Below are positions 36,564-46,460 of a DNA stretch of 64,000 nucleotides, one piece after another. The translations under genes were made by a program, and so were the position numbers. Numbering within the stretch: the stretch's first letter is position 1; every line of letters starts with the position of its first letter. The stretch covers positions 273,258-337,257 of the forward strand of contig JBKJIT010000003.1 in assembly GCA_046598345.1 (NCBI GenBank), read 5' to 3'. The stretch comes from Minisyncoccia bacterium (lineage in GTDB: Bacteria; Patescibacteriota; Minisyncoccia; Phycocordibacterales; UBA918). The notes under the pieces were generated by a model. The model did no database searches and was not told where the DNA came from. It saw only the letters and a program-made list of their open reading frames with translations.

Positions 36564-39071
36564 GTGCCGAAAAAGAATTCCGATAACAAAGCAGCAAGCA
36601 ACGAAAACCTGGAACCAGAGGGAGGTACTGGTGTGGTACTTGAAAAGGGCCTCATTCTCCAGGGGATCACTGATGAAATGCGCACCGCGTATCTCGATTA
36701 CGCGATGTCGGTTATTACAGCACGTGCACTTCCTGATGTGCGTGATGGCCTAAAGCCAGTGCACCGACGCATTCTCTATTCGATGCGTCTCAATGGCCTT
36801 ACCTCAACCGCAAAATTTAAGAAATCAGCAACGGTCGTTGGAGACGTGCTCGGTAGTTTCCACCCGCATGGCGACGTTGCGGTATATGACGCGATGGTTA
36901 AGCTTGCCCAGGAATTCACTACACGGTACCCACTCGTATTAGGGCAGGGAAACTTTGGTTCGATCGACGGCGATTCTGCAGCTGCCTATCGTTACACTGA
37001 GGCAAAAATGTCTAGAATTGCGGAAGAACTTCTTCGTGATCTCGAGAAAGACACAGTCAATTGGAGGCCAAACTTTGATGGCACGAAAAAAGAACCTGAG
37101 GTGTTGCCTGCGTCTGTCCCAAATCTCCTTCTTGCGGGAACTCTCGGTATTGCAGTAGGAATGGCGACGAATATTCCGCCGCACAATCTCCGTGAAGTTG
37201 CAGCCGCAGTGTCACACCTAATCGATAATCCTGAGGCATCAACTAATGATCTTTTGGGATTTGTAAAAGGTCCTGATTTTCCGCTCGGCGCAGTCGCGTT
37301 TAACCAGAAGGACATTGCGCATGCGTACGCGAATGGACGCGGAGGGGTAGTTGTGAGAGGGGAGGCAGACATTGTTGAAGATAAGAAGGGGACATTCTCG
37401 ATCATCATTACCTCGATTCCGTATCGCGTAAATAAGGCGGATATGCTTATGAAGATCGCTGATCTCGTGCGCGACAAGAAAATTGAGGGCATCAAAGATC
37501 TGCGGGATGAATCAACGCGAGACATTCGAGTGGTCGTGGAGCTCAAAAGCGCTGCCCAGCCTCAGACTGTCCTCAACAAGCTCTATAAGCACACGCAGCT
37601 CGAGGACGCGTTCCACTACAACATGGTGGCCTTGGTAAATGGTGTACCGCAGACGCTCTCACTGAAAGCAATTCTTGAGGAATACATTAAGCACCGCGAA
37701 GAGGTGGTGAAGCGACGCACTGAATATGATTTGAAACGAGCGGAGGAGCGAGAGCACATTCTGCTTGGTCTGAAGAAGGCACTCGATCACATCGATGCAA
37801 TCATTAAACTGATTCGGGCATCGAAGGATGTGCCGACTGCACACGCCGGACTCATGAAAGAGTTTAAGTTTTCTGAAATTCAAGCGCAGGCAATTCTCGA
37901 CATGCGTCTTCAGAAGCTTGCAGGACTTGAGCGGAAGAAGATTGAGGACGAGCTCAAGGAGTTGCAGACGTTCATCAAAGAACTCGAAGCAATTCTTGCG
38001 AGCAAGAAGAAGATGCGCCTCATTATCAAGACTGAGCTCACGGAGATTGCTGAAAAGTACGGTGATGATCGCCGAACAAAGATCGTGAAGGGAGGCGTGA
38101 AAATGCTCAATCCCGAAGATTTTATTCCTGATGAAGAAAGTGTGCTCGTCCTAACGCAGGGAGGATATGTAAAACGTACTAACCCAGGTGAATACCGAAC
38201 CCAGAAGCGGGGAGGTGTTGGGGTTGTTGATTTAAATACAAAAGAAGAAGATGTGGTTACTAAGCTCCTTACTACATCGACGCACAGCGAGCTCCTCTTC
38301 TTTACGGATAAAGGCAAGGTGTATCAAACACGGATGTTCGATATCCCTGAGGGACGTCGCGCAACGAAGGGTAAGTCCATTATGAACTTCCTTTCCTTGA
38401 CCGCTGAAGAAAAGGTTACGTCTGTACTTGCACTCCGAAAGGGAGCAGAGGAAGGTGACTGGTCCTTAATGATGGTAACGAAAAATGGTATTACGAAGAA
38501 ATGCGACGCAGATGCATTTAAGGATGTGCGCCGAAGTGGACTTATTGCAATAACGCTCAAAGACGATGACTCGCTTATTTCAGCAGCATTCGTTGGGAAA
38601 GGAGATGAAGTTTCACTTATTACGCTAAATGGTCAGGCGATTCGCTTTAAGGAAAGTGATGTGCGTGAGATGGGTCGCACTGCTTCCGGTGTACACGGCA
38701 TTCGGCTCGGCAAAGGGGATGTCGTTGTATCTGCTGACGTGATCACGAAGGCGATGAAGGATAGTGAGATTCTCGTGGTCATGGAAAATGGATTTGGAAA
38801 GACAACATCAACGAAAGAATACAAAGTACAGAATCGTGGAGGATCAGGAATTAAGACAGCAAAAGTCACGTCAAAGACAGGAAAGGTTGTGGGAGGGGCT
38901 GTTATCCAATCCGAGAATCGAGAAGAGGGAGAACTTGTGGTGATGAGTAAGAAGGGGCAGGTGATTAAGCTTCCGTTAAAGGATGTGCCGTCGTTGGGAC
39001 GTCAAACACAGGGGGTTAAGGTTATGAGGTTACGCCCCGGCGACTCTATCGCCTCAATCGTCTACTTCTAA
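36564..39071 (+). CDS. gyrA: DNA gyrase subunit A
   Basis: Active-site AAMRYTE-like region ([10 protein letters not shown]), [12 protein letters not shown] motif, C-terminal beta-pinwheel repeats with a GyrA-box-like element; 835 aa. Confidence 0.9.
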   Translation: MPKKNSDNKAASNENLEPEGGTGVVLEKGLILQGITDEMRTAYLDYAMSVITARALPDVRDGLKPVHRRILYSMRLNGLTSTAKFKKSATVVGDVLGSFHPHGDVAVYDAMVKLAQEFTTRYPLVLGQGNFGSIDGDSAAAYRYTEAKMSRIAEELLRDLEKDTVNWRPNFDGTKKEPEVLPASVPNLLLAGTLGIAVGMATNIPPHNLREVAAAVSHLIDNPEASTNDLLGFVKGPDFPLGAVAFNQKDIAHAYANGRGGVVVRGEADIVEDKKGTFSIIITSIPYRVNKADMLMKIADLVRDKKIEGIKDLRDESTRDIRVVVELKSAAQPQTVLNKLYKHTQLEDAFHYNMVALVNGVPQTLSLKAILEEYIKHREEVVKRRTEYDLKRAEEREHILLGLKKALDHIDAIIKLIRASKDVPTAHAGLMKEFKFSEIQAQAILDMRLQKLAGLERKKIEDELKELQTFIKELEAILASKKKMRLIIKTELTEIAEKYGDDRRTKIVKGGVKMLNPEDFIPDEESVLVLTQGGYVKRTNPGEYRTQKRGGVGVVDLNTKEEDVVTKLLTTSTHSELLFFTDKGKVYQTRMFDIPEGRRATKGKSIMNFLSLTAEEKVTSVLALRKGAEEGDWSLMMVTKNGITKKCDADAFKDVRRSGLIAITLKDDDSLISAAFVGKGDEVSLITLNGQAIRFKESDVREMGRTASGVHGIRLGKGDVVVSADVITKAMKDSEILVVMENGFGKTTSTKEYKVQNRGGSGIKTAKVTSKTGKVVGGAVIQSENREEGELVVMSKKGQVIKLPLKDVPSLGRQTQGVKVMRLRPGDSIASIVYF

Positions 39072-39196
39072 AATACATATTTCGGCGCATTTCTTTGTCG
39101 GAACGTCGATTTCTTCCTCGCCGTATTGGTATACGTCTCGCTCACAAATCTAGCTCCTCCTCGAACTGCATCCGAATATGTACTTTAGCTTCTGCT

Positions 39197-39237
39197 GAAA
39201 GCCCCGGGAAGACGCTTCGCGTCTTCCCGGGGCTTTC
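39197..39237 (+). terminator. Strong terminator hairpin after gyrA (19-bp perfect stem)
   Basis: gaaagccccgggaagacgc-ttcg-cgtcttcccggggctttc. Confidence 0.6.
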
Positions 39238-39283
39238 CACTTTTCCCCGGAGATTCCGAGATGGAAAAAGGTATAATACTTTC

Positions 39284-39832
39284 ATGGCAATTCCAGGAAT
39301 GGGACAATTTGTGCAGCCTGAAATCGTCTCCACACATTTTCATATTCGCGAAGGCGATAAGGTGGGTGATTTTGGCGCAGGCTCAGGCTTCTTTAGTAAG
39401 GTGCTTTCAAAACTCGTGGGTGCGAGCGGCAGAGTGTATGCGTGCGAGATCCAGAAGCCACTCGTTGATAAGCTCGGTCTTTTGGTTCGAAGTGAACGTC
39501 TTTCAAATGTTGAAGTGCTCTGGTGCGATGTGGAAGCATCTGGCGGCACCAAGCTCGCTGACGGTCTCCTTGACGCAGGAGTACTCGTAAACACGCTGTT
39601 CATTCTTGAAAACAAAGAAGTCGCACTGCGCGAAATAGCGCGTGTCATGCGAAAGGGAGGAAAGTTTTTTCTCATTGAGTGGACAGAGTCATTTGGTGGC
39701 ATTGGTCCACATCCGTCCCATGTCGTTCATGAAACAACGGCGAGATCTCTGGCTGAAGCCGCCGGATTTTCTTTTGAGCGTTCGTTTCCAGCAGGCGATC
39801 ACCATTATGGAATCTCATTTCGAAAAGTATGA
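39284..39832 (+). CDS. Class I SAM-dependent methyltransferase
   Basis: Motif I VGDFGAGSGFFS, motif II acidic residue after a beta strand; start set at MAIPGMG; stop overlaps the next gene (ATGA). Confidence 0.55.
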   Translation: MAIPGMGQFVQPEIVSTHFHIREGDKVGDFGAGSGFFSKVLSKLVGASGRVYACEIQKPLVDKLGLLVRSERLSNVEVLWCDVEASGGTKLADGLLDAGVLVNTLFILENKEVALREIARVMRKGGKFFLIEWTESFGGIGPHPSHVVHETTARSLAEAAGFSFERSFPAGDHHYGISFRKV

Positions 39833-41139
39833 TGCATAATCGCCCATTTGAGATTATCCTTATGGCGACCTTTGGACTCATTGCGCTTGGTAGTCTTGCG
39901 TTTGTTGCGTTATATAAAGGCGGTGGTGATGATGCTAAGGATAAGCCATACGGAGAACAGGTCATAGTATGGGGCACGTTTCCCATGGGGATGTTTACCG
40001 AAGTACTGACCACTATTCGATCGTCCGACAAGGCTTTCGGTGCAGTTCAATACATAGAAAAGGAGCCTCGCACATTTCAAAATGACTTGGTGAATGCGAT
40101 TGCAGACGGTAGTTCACCCGATTTGGTGATCTTGCCACATGAGCTTCTAGTATCACTCCGCAGCAAGCTTCTTCCGATTACGTATGAGACGTTCCCTGAA
40201 CGTACGTTTAAGGATACCTATGTTGAAGGTGCTGAAATTTTTATGGGCGAAGAAGGAATCTACGGGATTCCATTTGGTGTAGATCCTTTGGTGCTGTATT
40301 GGAACAGGGATCTCTTCTCGAACGCTGGCCTATCTAATCCACCACGCACCTGGGAAGAGCTTGTCAACATTACGACTCCTGCACTCACAAAGCGCGATGA
40401 CAACTATCAAATAGAAAAGAGCGCAATTGCACTTGGTGAATTTGGAAACGTAACTAACGCTAAAGAAATTCTTTCCATGCTGTTCTTACAAGCGGGGAGT
40501 ATTCTCGTTGAACGAAGGGGAATCACGTACAGGGTTGTATTAAATGAAACAGTGGGAGAAGGTCTTCCAACAGGAGATGCTGCGCTTTCTTTCTACACAC
40601 AATTTTCAAATCCTGCGAGTGGAAGCTACACCTGGAATCGCTCACTTGAAAATGATCGCACGCGGTTTCTTGGCGGCGATCTTGCGCTCTACATTGGTTT
40701 TGCGAGCGAGTATGAAGACCTGAGAAAGGCAAACCCCAATCTCAATTTTGATGTTGCCGTGCTGCCGCAAGGCAGTGCAAGTACCGTTCGAAGAAATTAT
40801 GCGAACTTCTATGCATTTGCAATTCCAAGAGCCACTGCGAACGAGGGGGGCGCCTATAATGCAGCGGTTGTCATGGCCGGCGAGGACTACGTAGAACTTT
40901 TGACTGAAAAGATCCAAGTTGCACCTGCGCTTCGCTCGCTTCTTGGGAAAGGGTCTTCAAATCCTGCACGCCAAATTGCGTATCAAACATCTCTCATTTC
41001 ACGCGGGTGGCTTGACCCAAACCCCGTAGAGAGCGAAGCGACGTTCAAAGATATGATCCAGGGAGTTACTTCGGGTAGGGTACGGATTTCGGATGCAATC
41101 CAAGATGCCTCAGAGCAACTAAGGTTATTATTTAAATGA
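39829..41139 (+). CDS. Extracellular solute-binding-protein-like lipoprotein or anchored protein
   Basis: N-terminal signal anchor; 436 aa periplasmic-binding-protein-like length and composition (assignment by pattern, not by motif). Confidence 0.4.
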   Translation: MMHNRPFEIILMATFGLIALGSLAFVALYKGGGDDAKDKPYGEQVIVWGTFPMGMFTEVLTTIRSSDKAFGAVQYIEKEPRTFQNDLVNAIADGSSPDLVILPHELLVSLRSKLLPITYETFPERTFKDTYVEGAEIFMGEEGIYGIPFGVDPLVLYWNRDLFSNAGLSNPPRTWEELVNITTPALTKRDDNYQIEKSAIALGEFGNVTNAKEILSMLFLQAGSILVERRGITYRVVLNETVGEGLPTGDAALSFYTQFSNPASGSYTWNRSLENDRTRFLGGDLALYIGFASEYEDLRKANPNLNFDVAVLPQGSASTVRRNYANFYAFAIPRATANEGGAYNAAVVMAGEDYVELLTEKIQVAPALRSLLGKGSSNPARQIAYQTSLISRGWLDPNPVESEATFKDMIQGVTSGRVRISDAIQDASEQLRLLFK

Positions 41140-41146
41140 TTAAAGT

Positions 41147-41845
41147 ATGACTGCACGGACATTCACTATTAACGGATTGATAATTCTTTTACTGAGCACG
41201 TTTTTTTACTTCGGATTACTTGTGCCGGATCTCTTTGCTCGCAGCTTCACCATTAACTGTCGCGATCTCTATGGTGGATCCCAACAATGCAGTGGTGCGA
41301 TAGGAAATTGTAGATCTCAAGAGGGTGACTATACCCGTGAGCCGGCTAATGCTTTATTCATCACGTGTACGATTCCCGATGCGCCTTCAGACACGCGCTG
41401 CCCTGATGGTTCAATAAGGGATGGTGCAGGAGAATGTCCCACAGCAACAATTGATTGTCCTGATGGTCAGGCTCGTAACCTCAATACTGATCAATGTGAG
41501 AGTGCTAATCCCGGAGGAGGAAGTTCCCCGGGAGGTACAGGCTCACCTGGTGGTATTCGCACTCCAGGAGGAACTACAGAGGATGCCAAACTCCTCAACC
41601 CTCTCAAAGTCGATTCGATTGAAGGCTTCCTTATAGCCATTATCGATATCATTCTTATCTTTGCACTCCCGATCGTTATTCTTTTCATCATGTATGCGGG
41701 CTTCCTCTATGTGACCGCTCGTGGCGATACATCAAAAATCTCCACCGCCCACACCGCGCTCACATGGGCAATTATCGGTGGAGTGATCGTGTTTGGAGCC
41801 AAGCTTATCATTGAGCTTATTAAGGGGACTGTTGGTGCACTCTAG
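41147..41845 (+). CDS. Cys-rich ectodomain fused through a Gly/Ser/Pro linker to a pilin-like two-helix module
   Basis: Signal anchor; 8 Cys in residues 38-125; GGGSSPGGTGSPGGIRTPGG linker; C-terminal hydrophobic helices similar to the three downstream paralogs. Confidence 0.4.
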   Translation: MTARTFTINGLIILLLSTFFYFGLLVPDLFARSFTINCRDLYGGSQQCSGAIGNCRSQEGDYTREPANALFITCTIPDAPSDTRCPDGSIRDGAGECPTATIDCPDGQARNLNTDQCESANPGGGSSPGGTGSPGGIRTPGGTTEDAKLLNPLKVDSIEGFLIAIIDIILIFALPIVILFIMYAGFLYVTARGDTSKISTAHTALTWAIIGGVIVFGAKLIIELIKGTVGAL

Positions 41846-41848
41846 TAT

Positions 41849-42160
41849 ATGAAATTTATTTCTTTTCTTTCACTTCTCGCATTTCCGCTTCTCACCCATG
41901 CGGCACCCAAACCAACTGACTTCAAGAGCTTCGTAGCGCTCCTACTTGGCCTCATTGGGTACATGGTGCCACTTGTCATTGGACTTACGTTTCTTGTGCT
42001 TATGTGGGGAATTATGAAAGCATGGATTCTTGGCGGCGGCGATGAAGAATCGGTGACAAGTGGGAAGAAACTAGTTGTTGTCGGGGTATTTGCAATAGCG
42101 ATTATGCTTGGCATTTGGGGTATTCTTCAAATCTTGCGTCGCTCCTTCTTTGGAGTATAA
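41849..42160 (+). CDS. Small secreted pilin-like protein (TrbC/VirB2-type topology), paralog 2
   Basis: Signal peptide (..LTHA/AP); LMWGIMKAWILGGGDEESVTSGKK loop between two hydrophobic helices. Confidence 0.4.
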   Translation: MKFISFLSLLAFPLLTHAAPKPTDFKSFVALLLGLIGYMVPLVIGLTFLVLMWGIMKAWILGGGDEESVTSGKKLVVVGVFAIAIMLGIWGILQILRRSFFGV

Positions 42161-42286
42161 CTAAAGGTAAGGGCTTACAAGTCCGTATCTATCCACAGAA
42201 TGTACTGTTTTGTGGCTAGGGCAAGTATAGAATGTATACATAGCTACAGTTTTAAGGTTATATTAATATTCACATCTAATCACAAT

Positions 42287-42646
42287 ATGAAATTAGTCAT
42301 TCGCATGCTCCCCGGTGTCCTCGTATTTCTGCCTCTCCTCGTGTTAGGTGCAAATGCAGACCTTAGTTATTTTGATGGCTTACTCACTTCAATAAGTAAG
42401 ATCATCGATCGCCTAATTCCGTTCATGCTTGCACTTGCACTCCTCTTCTTCCTTTGGGGTGTATTCCAATACTTTGTTCTTGGAGGTGGCGATGAAGAGA
42501 AGCAGGCAACAGGTAAAAAATATATGATTTACGGTCTTATTGGTCTCGTTGTTATGGTTGCAGTTTGGGGAATCGTCCAGCTCATAATCACTGTCTTGGG
42601 AGTGGGTTCAAGTACAACAGTAAGTACACCAAAAGTACCTAAATAA
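42287..42646 (+). CDS. Small secreted pilin-like protein, paralog 3
   Basis: Signal peptide (..GANA/DL); LWGVFQYFVLGGGDEEKQATGKK loop; start set at MKLVIRM. Confidence 0.4.
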   Translation: MKLVIRMLPGVLVFLPLLVLGANADLSYFDGLLTSISKIIDRLIPFMLALALLFFLWGVFQYFVLGGGDEEKQATGKKYMIYGLIGLVVMVAVWGIVQLIITVLGVGSSTTVSTPKVPK

Positions 42647-42654
42647 GCTTAAGT

Positions 42655-42933
42655 ATGTACGCATACGCAGCCGGCCACACAGCTGCAGCTAGCAGTTTGT
42701 TAGCAAAGATTCAGAGTGCCATACTCTTTCCACTGATGTCACTTATGGTTGGAGTTGCACTTCTGGTCTTTCTCTGGGGAGGGTTTCAGTATGTCGTGCA
42801 TGCCGATGAAGATTCAGGGAGGGAAGAAGGAAAGAAGCATATGCTGTTCGGCATCATCGGACTCCTTGTCATGCTGTCGGCGTACGCGATACTGAAGATC
42901 GCAGCACTCACGTTCGGGGTACAGGTTCCATAA
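42655..42933 (+). CDS. Small pilin-like protein, paralog 4
   Basis: LWGGFQYVVHADEDSGREEGKK loop between two hydrophobic helices. Confidence 0.4.
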   Translation: MYAYAAGHTAAASSLLAKIQSAILFPLMSLMVGVALLVFLWGGFQYVVHADEDSGREEGKKHMLFGIIGLLVMLSAYAILKIAALTFGVQVP

Positions 42934-42942
42934 GAAAAAACG

Positions 42943-42975
42943 CCTCCGCTTACGCAGAGGCGTTTTTTGATTTCT
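42943..42975 (+). terminator. Terminator after the pilin-like operon
   Basis: aaaaacgcctc-cgcttacgca-gaggcgtttttt. Confidence 0.55.
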
Positions 42976-42991
42976 GGCAATAAAAAAAGCG

Positions 42992-43020
42992 CGGGTTGTA
43001 AATCCGCGCTTTTGTGTGAC
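42992..43020 (-). terminator. Terminator for the convergent minus-strand operon
   Basis: aaagcgcgg-gttgtaaat-ccgcgcttt, T-run on the minus strand. Confidence 0.5.
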
Positions 43021-43038
43021 CCACGAGGGTCAAAGAAC

Positions 43039-43911
43039 TTAGAATCGTCGGAGTGAAAAGGCCAGTCTGGTTTCGCCCTCGACGATGAATCGCATCCGGA
43101 ACTTATTCGTGTCCGGCCGTGATCCAAATCGATGAGGAATCCAATCCTTCTTCTTCACATCCCAGTATTCGGCTTCGTAAATCGTGCCGTGGCCGGGAGG
43201 GAAATCGGAATCGTAGCCACCTGGTGCGACATACGGTAGAGACCAGACTCCCTTCGGAATGGTCCCATCTTCCTTTCTCACATCCCAACGAAGAGAGGCT
43301 TCCGTCGCTTGTGGAATTTCTCTCGACACCGCCGGCTTGCTTTCACCTTTTGCCCAACTTGTAAAACCTTTCCGCCAAACCTTGGCAACATCGGGTGCTT
43401 CCTCAGCGAATGCCCAGTGGAAGAGCATAAAGCCGAGAATGAAAAGGACTACCCCTGTTCCAATCAGTCCCGCCAACTTGCTTGGCTTTCCCTTAAAAAG
43501 CCATACAGCAAGAAACACCAGCAGGGCTATAGCTAGGGCTACGGCTGAAAGGAACCCAACATCAACGTTGGTAATTGTCGCGTCACCCTTCAAGGTTAAG
43601 CCCTGATCCCGTGGATAGATGAAATATGCAACGAGAAGCAGGGCAATAACACCTAGAATGCCCTTTACTGATGCATACTTCCTCCACCTAGAGACTGGAA
43701 GTTCGTCCTCAAGCTGACGTTGAACGACTCCAGCGGCTGTGCCAACCGGAGTTTCCGGTATAACAGTGGTGGTAGAAGTCGGCGCTGCCGCTGTGGGACC
43801 CTTCAATAACCTGTGCGCGAGGGCTGCCACCAGTAACATTGTAGCGCCAAAGGCAATCCAGAATGTCGAGAGATTAAGCTGTTGCCAAATTCCAGTAACG
43901 TAATCGATCAT
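43039..43911 (-). CDS. Membrane protein co-transcribed with the SPFH protein (NfeD-like position)
   Basis: Four TM segments then a soluble C-terminal domain; 4-nt start overlap (ATGA) with the upstream SPFH gene. Confidence 0.4.
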   Translation of the reverse strand: MIDYVTGIWQQLNLSTFWIAFGATMLLVAALAHRLLKGPTAAAPTSTTTVIPETPVGTAAGVVQRQLEDELPVSRWRKYASVKGILGVIALLLVAYFIYPRDQGLTLKGDATITNVDVGFLSAVALAIALLVFLAVWLFKGKPSKLAGLIGTGVVLFILGFMLFHWAFAEEAPDVAKVWRKGFTSWAKGESKPAVSREIPQATEASLRWDVRKEDGTIPKGVWSLPYVAPGGYDSDFPPGHGTIYEAEYWDVKKKDWIPHRFGSRPDTNKFRMRFIVEGETRLAFSLRRF

Positions 43912-45077
43912 GTGTTCCTTCCTTTTCGATTGATTTTTTGCAATTCGGCAAGGATCGCCGCTTGAGTTGAATCAACTTTTCCATTGCGTCCACTGGGCGG
44001 CATGAGCATTGCTGATCCACCATTTTTGCCAACTGCTTCAGCAGCTCTTACGAACGCCTCAGCTTCCATGGTTGCAATGGCCGTATCGCCGCCTGTCGCA
44101 TTCGCTTCATTAAGTTCACGAAGTGCATCAGCGCGAGCCTTGCCGTCAATCGTTGTTGCCTTTGCATTTTGCAGTGCAAAGGCTTCGGCCTGAATGGTAC
44201 GTTGACCAGCTTCATCGAGGATTGGATTTATTTCGAGAATACGAAACCCTGTAATATCAATTCCACAGTGCTTCGTGTCGTCAGAAATCTCCATGACGGC
44301 CTTCGCAATTGCACGTGCCTCAGCATCGTTCTCGGCCGTAAGGGCTTGATCGAGCCGCATTTGCTTAGTTATTGACGAAATTTTGTCAGTCACCAAGTTA
44401 ATGATGGCGTGGTCCCACCGGTCCGTCTCGTAAGCTGCTTTGTATGGATTTACAACTTCCAATTCAGCAACTCCGATGATGTCGAGTGGAATCTTGTCCC
44501 TCGTTTCTGCCGCGGTGATATGCATGGGAAACAAAAACTGCCGTGTGCGGAAGTGATCACTAAGATCATGACGTACCGTGAGAACGACGTTGCTCACGCC
44601 ACGAAGTCCTGGTGGCAGGGCAGGATCGCCCTCTTTCCTTTCCTTTCGCGTGATCAGAGTCTTCTCAAGCTTATATTCGCGAATTTTTTGGAAAGGATAA
44701 ATGCCAATAAACACAGCACCGGTCTTGTTATAGACGTACCGTGCCCACCAACGAATTGGCCACCACACTTTTGCGACAGGATCTTCGATAAATCCCTGCT
44801 GAGTGACGAGTTCCCAGTATTCCGGTGTTTCAATATTTCCTCCAACTCGAGCAAACTTCTTGTGGGCGGTGTTGGTTATCATCCGGACCAATTTCTGGCC
44901 CCGTTCAATCACTTTTACTTGCCCCGGTTCGAGCATGGTAAAAAGGTGAAAATCACTCCTCCTAAGTCCCTCCGGTTGATTAAGAAACCTTCCGCTGCCT
45001 GCATAAAGCGTTAAGGCTAACAGGACGATGAAAGAACCCACTACGAGGGCTGTAATAATGCCGAGTACTATGGACAT
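43908..45077 (-). CDS. SPFH/band-7 family protein (stomatin/prohibitin-like)
   Basis: N-terminal TM, SPFH core (VVLTVRHDL...IIGVAELEVVNPYKAAY), Ala/Glu-rich coiled-coil tail; start set at MSIVLGI with AAGGAG RBS. Confidence 0.65.
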   Translation of the reverse strand: MSIVLGIITALVVGSFIVLLALTLYAGSGRFLNQPEGLRRSDFHLFTMLEPGQVKVIERGQKLVRMITNTAHKKFARVGGNIETPEYWELVTQQGFIEDPVAKVWWPIRWWARYVYNKTGAVFIGIYPFQKIREYKLEKTLITRKERKEGDPALPPGLRGVSNVVLTVRHDLSDHFRTRQFLFPMHITAAETRDKIPLDIIGVAELEVVNPYKAAYETDRWDHAIINLVTDKISSITKQMRLDQALTAENDAEARAIAKAVMEISDDTKHCGIDITGFRILEINPILDEAGQRTIQAEAFALQNAKATTIDGKARADALRELNEANATGGDTAIATMEAEAFVRAAEAVGKNGGSAMLMPPSGRNGKVDSTQAAILAELQKINRKGRNT

Positions 45078-45260
45078 ATAAGTCTCCTTGTCAAAGTTCT
45101 TACTAAGCGCCGAAGCGCGGGATTTGTGTTTGAGAGAGAGGAGTAAATCCACTCTCTACTCTACCTAATATGATACCATATTTAAGATGAAAAGTCAATG
45201 GATTGCGTCCTTAAAGTACCCTTACATTCCAACGTATTATCGGGTATGCTGGTGCTGTTT

Positions 45261-46289
45261 ATGAAAAAGGTGGCAATTCCTAGGAAAGAGCAGAAGAAGC
45301 GCATATTTGCTGAGAATAGACCCCGGAGGACGTTATCGTTCTATAGGTATGTTCGGCTCGTCCAGCCGAAGCAAATTCGAGATGAACTCTTTCTGAGATT
45401 TTCCCAATTTGGTTGCCTTGGACGGATCTACATTGCGAGTGAAGGTATCAACGCGCAAATGAGTGTTCCAACAGAAAACTGGGATGCATTTGATGCGTAC
45501 ATTCAGAGTACGAAAGAGTTTGCGGGTACTCCATACAAAATTGCAGTGGAAGAAACAGATGCTCCTTCGTTCTACAAACTCACGATTAAAGTGAAGGATA
45601 AGATTGTTGCGGATGGACTTAACGATGAATCATTTGATGTTACTAACGTGGGTGATTATTTAACTGCAGAGGAAATGAATGAGTATGTCGATGATCCGGA
45701 TGCGGTTATTGTCGACATGCGGAATGGATATGAAAGTGAGGTGGGGCATTTTGAACGTGCGATTATGCCTGACGTTGATACATTCCGTGAAGAACTCAAA
45801 AAAACTCCTGAACTTTTACAAATTCATAGGAATAAAAAGATTGCGCTCTACTGTACTGGTGGTATTCGTTGTGAAAAGGCGAGCGCATGGCTGAAGCACA
45901 ATGGATTTCAAAATGTGCGGCATTTAAAGGGCGGCATTATTGACTATAAGCGGCAAGTAGAAGAAGAAGGACTTCAGAATAAATTTAAAGGAAAGAATTT
46001 TGTATTTGATGAACGAATGGGTGAGCGAATCAGTGATGAAATCATTGCGCATTGTCATCTTTGTCACACAGAGAAATGTGATGATCATATACACTGTAAG
46101 AATCAGGCATGCCACGTACTCTTTATTTGCTGCGAAAAGTGTAAGGCAAAGAAAAGGGGATACTGTTCCTACAAATGTATGGCGTTTGATAAACTCCCGG
46201 TCACTCTTCGAAAACAGCTCATCAAAAACAATCATAGAAAGAAATTAGAGCAATTTAAAAAGCATCGATTACGAAGCGTGGTGCGGTAA
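45261..46289 (+). CDS. trhO: Rhodanese-domain tRNA U34 hydroxylase TrhO (YceA family) with Cys/His-rich C-terminal extension
   Basis: Rhodanese active-site loop CTGGIRCEKA; N-terminal UPF0176 domain; C-terminal HCHLCH...CDDHIHC...CCEKC cluster. Confidence 0.6.
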   Translation: MKKVAIPRKEQKKRIFAENRPRRTLSFYRYVRLVQPKQIRDELFLRFSQFGCLGRIYIASEGINAQMSVPTENWDAFDAYIQSTKEFAGTPYKIAVEETDAPSFYKLTIKVKDKIVADGLNDESFDVTNVGDYLTAEEMNEYVDDPDAVIVDMRNGYESEVGHFERAIMPDVDTFREELKKTPELLQIHRNKKIALYCTGGIRCEKASAWLKHNGFQNVRHLKGGIIDYKRQVEEEGLQNKFKGKNFVFDERMGERISDEIIAHCHLCHTEKCDDHIHCKNQACHVLFICCEKCKAKKRGYCSYKCMAFDKLPVTLRKQLIKNNHRKKLEQFKKHRLRSVVR

Positions 46290-46411
46290 TTATCTAATTA
46301 TTCTGAAAAGCGCTCTCAAGAATTACTCTCCAAAAAACTACACTACAAAAATTACGCTACAAAATCCCCGGACCCAGTTGTGTAGAAACCCCATTATTAC
46401 TAAAATTAAGT

Positions 46412-46457
46412 GAGATATAGTTTATAATGGATGATCGTCCATTATAAACTATATCTC
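46412..46457. promoter_or_regulatory. 20-bp perfect inverted repeat just 5' of the PaaX/Cas2-like gene start (candidate operator)
   Basis: gagatatagtttataatgga-tgatcg-tccattataaactatatctc; no T-run follows, ATG at 46461. Confidence 0.5.
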
Positions 46458-46460
46458 AAC

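Noticed and set aside
36992-37546. 184-aa ORF antisense to gyrA and other antisense ORFs inside lepA, valS, clpB, infB and the metalloprotease
   Set aside because: All lie wholly within strongly supported genes on the opposite strand and have low-complexity composition typical of antisense frames.
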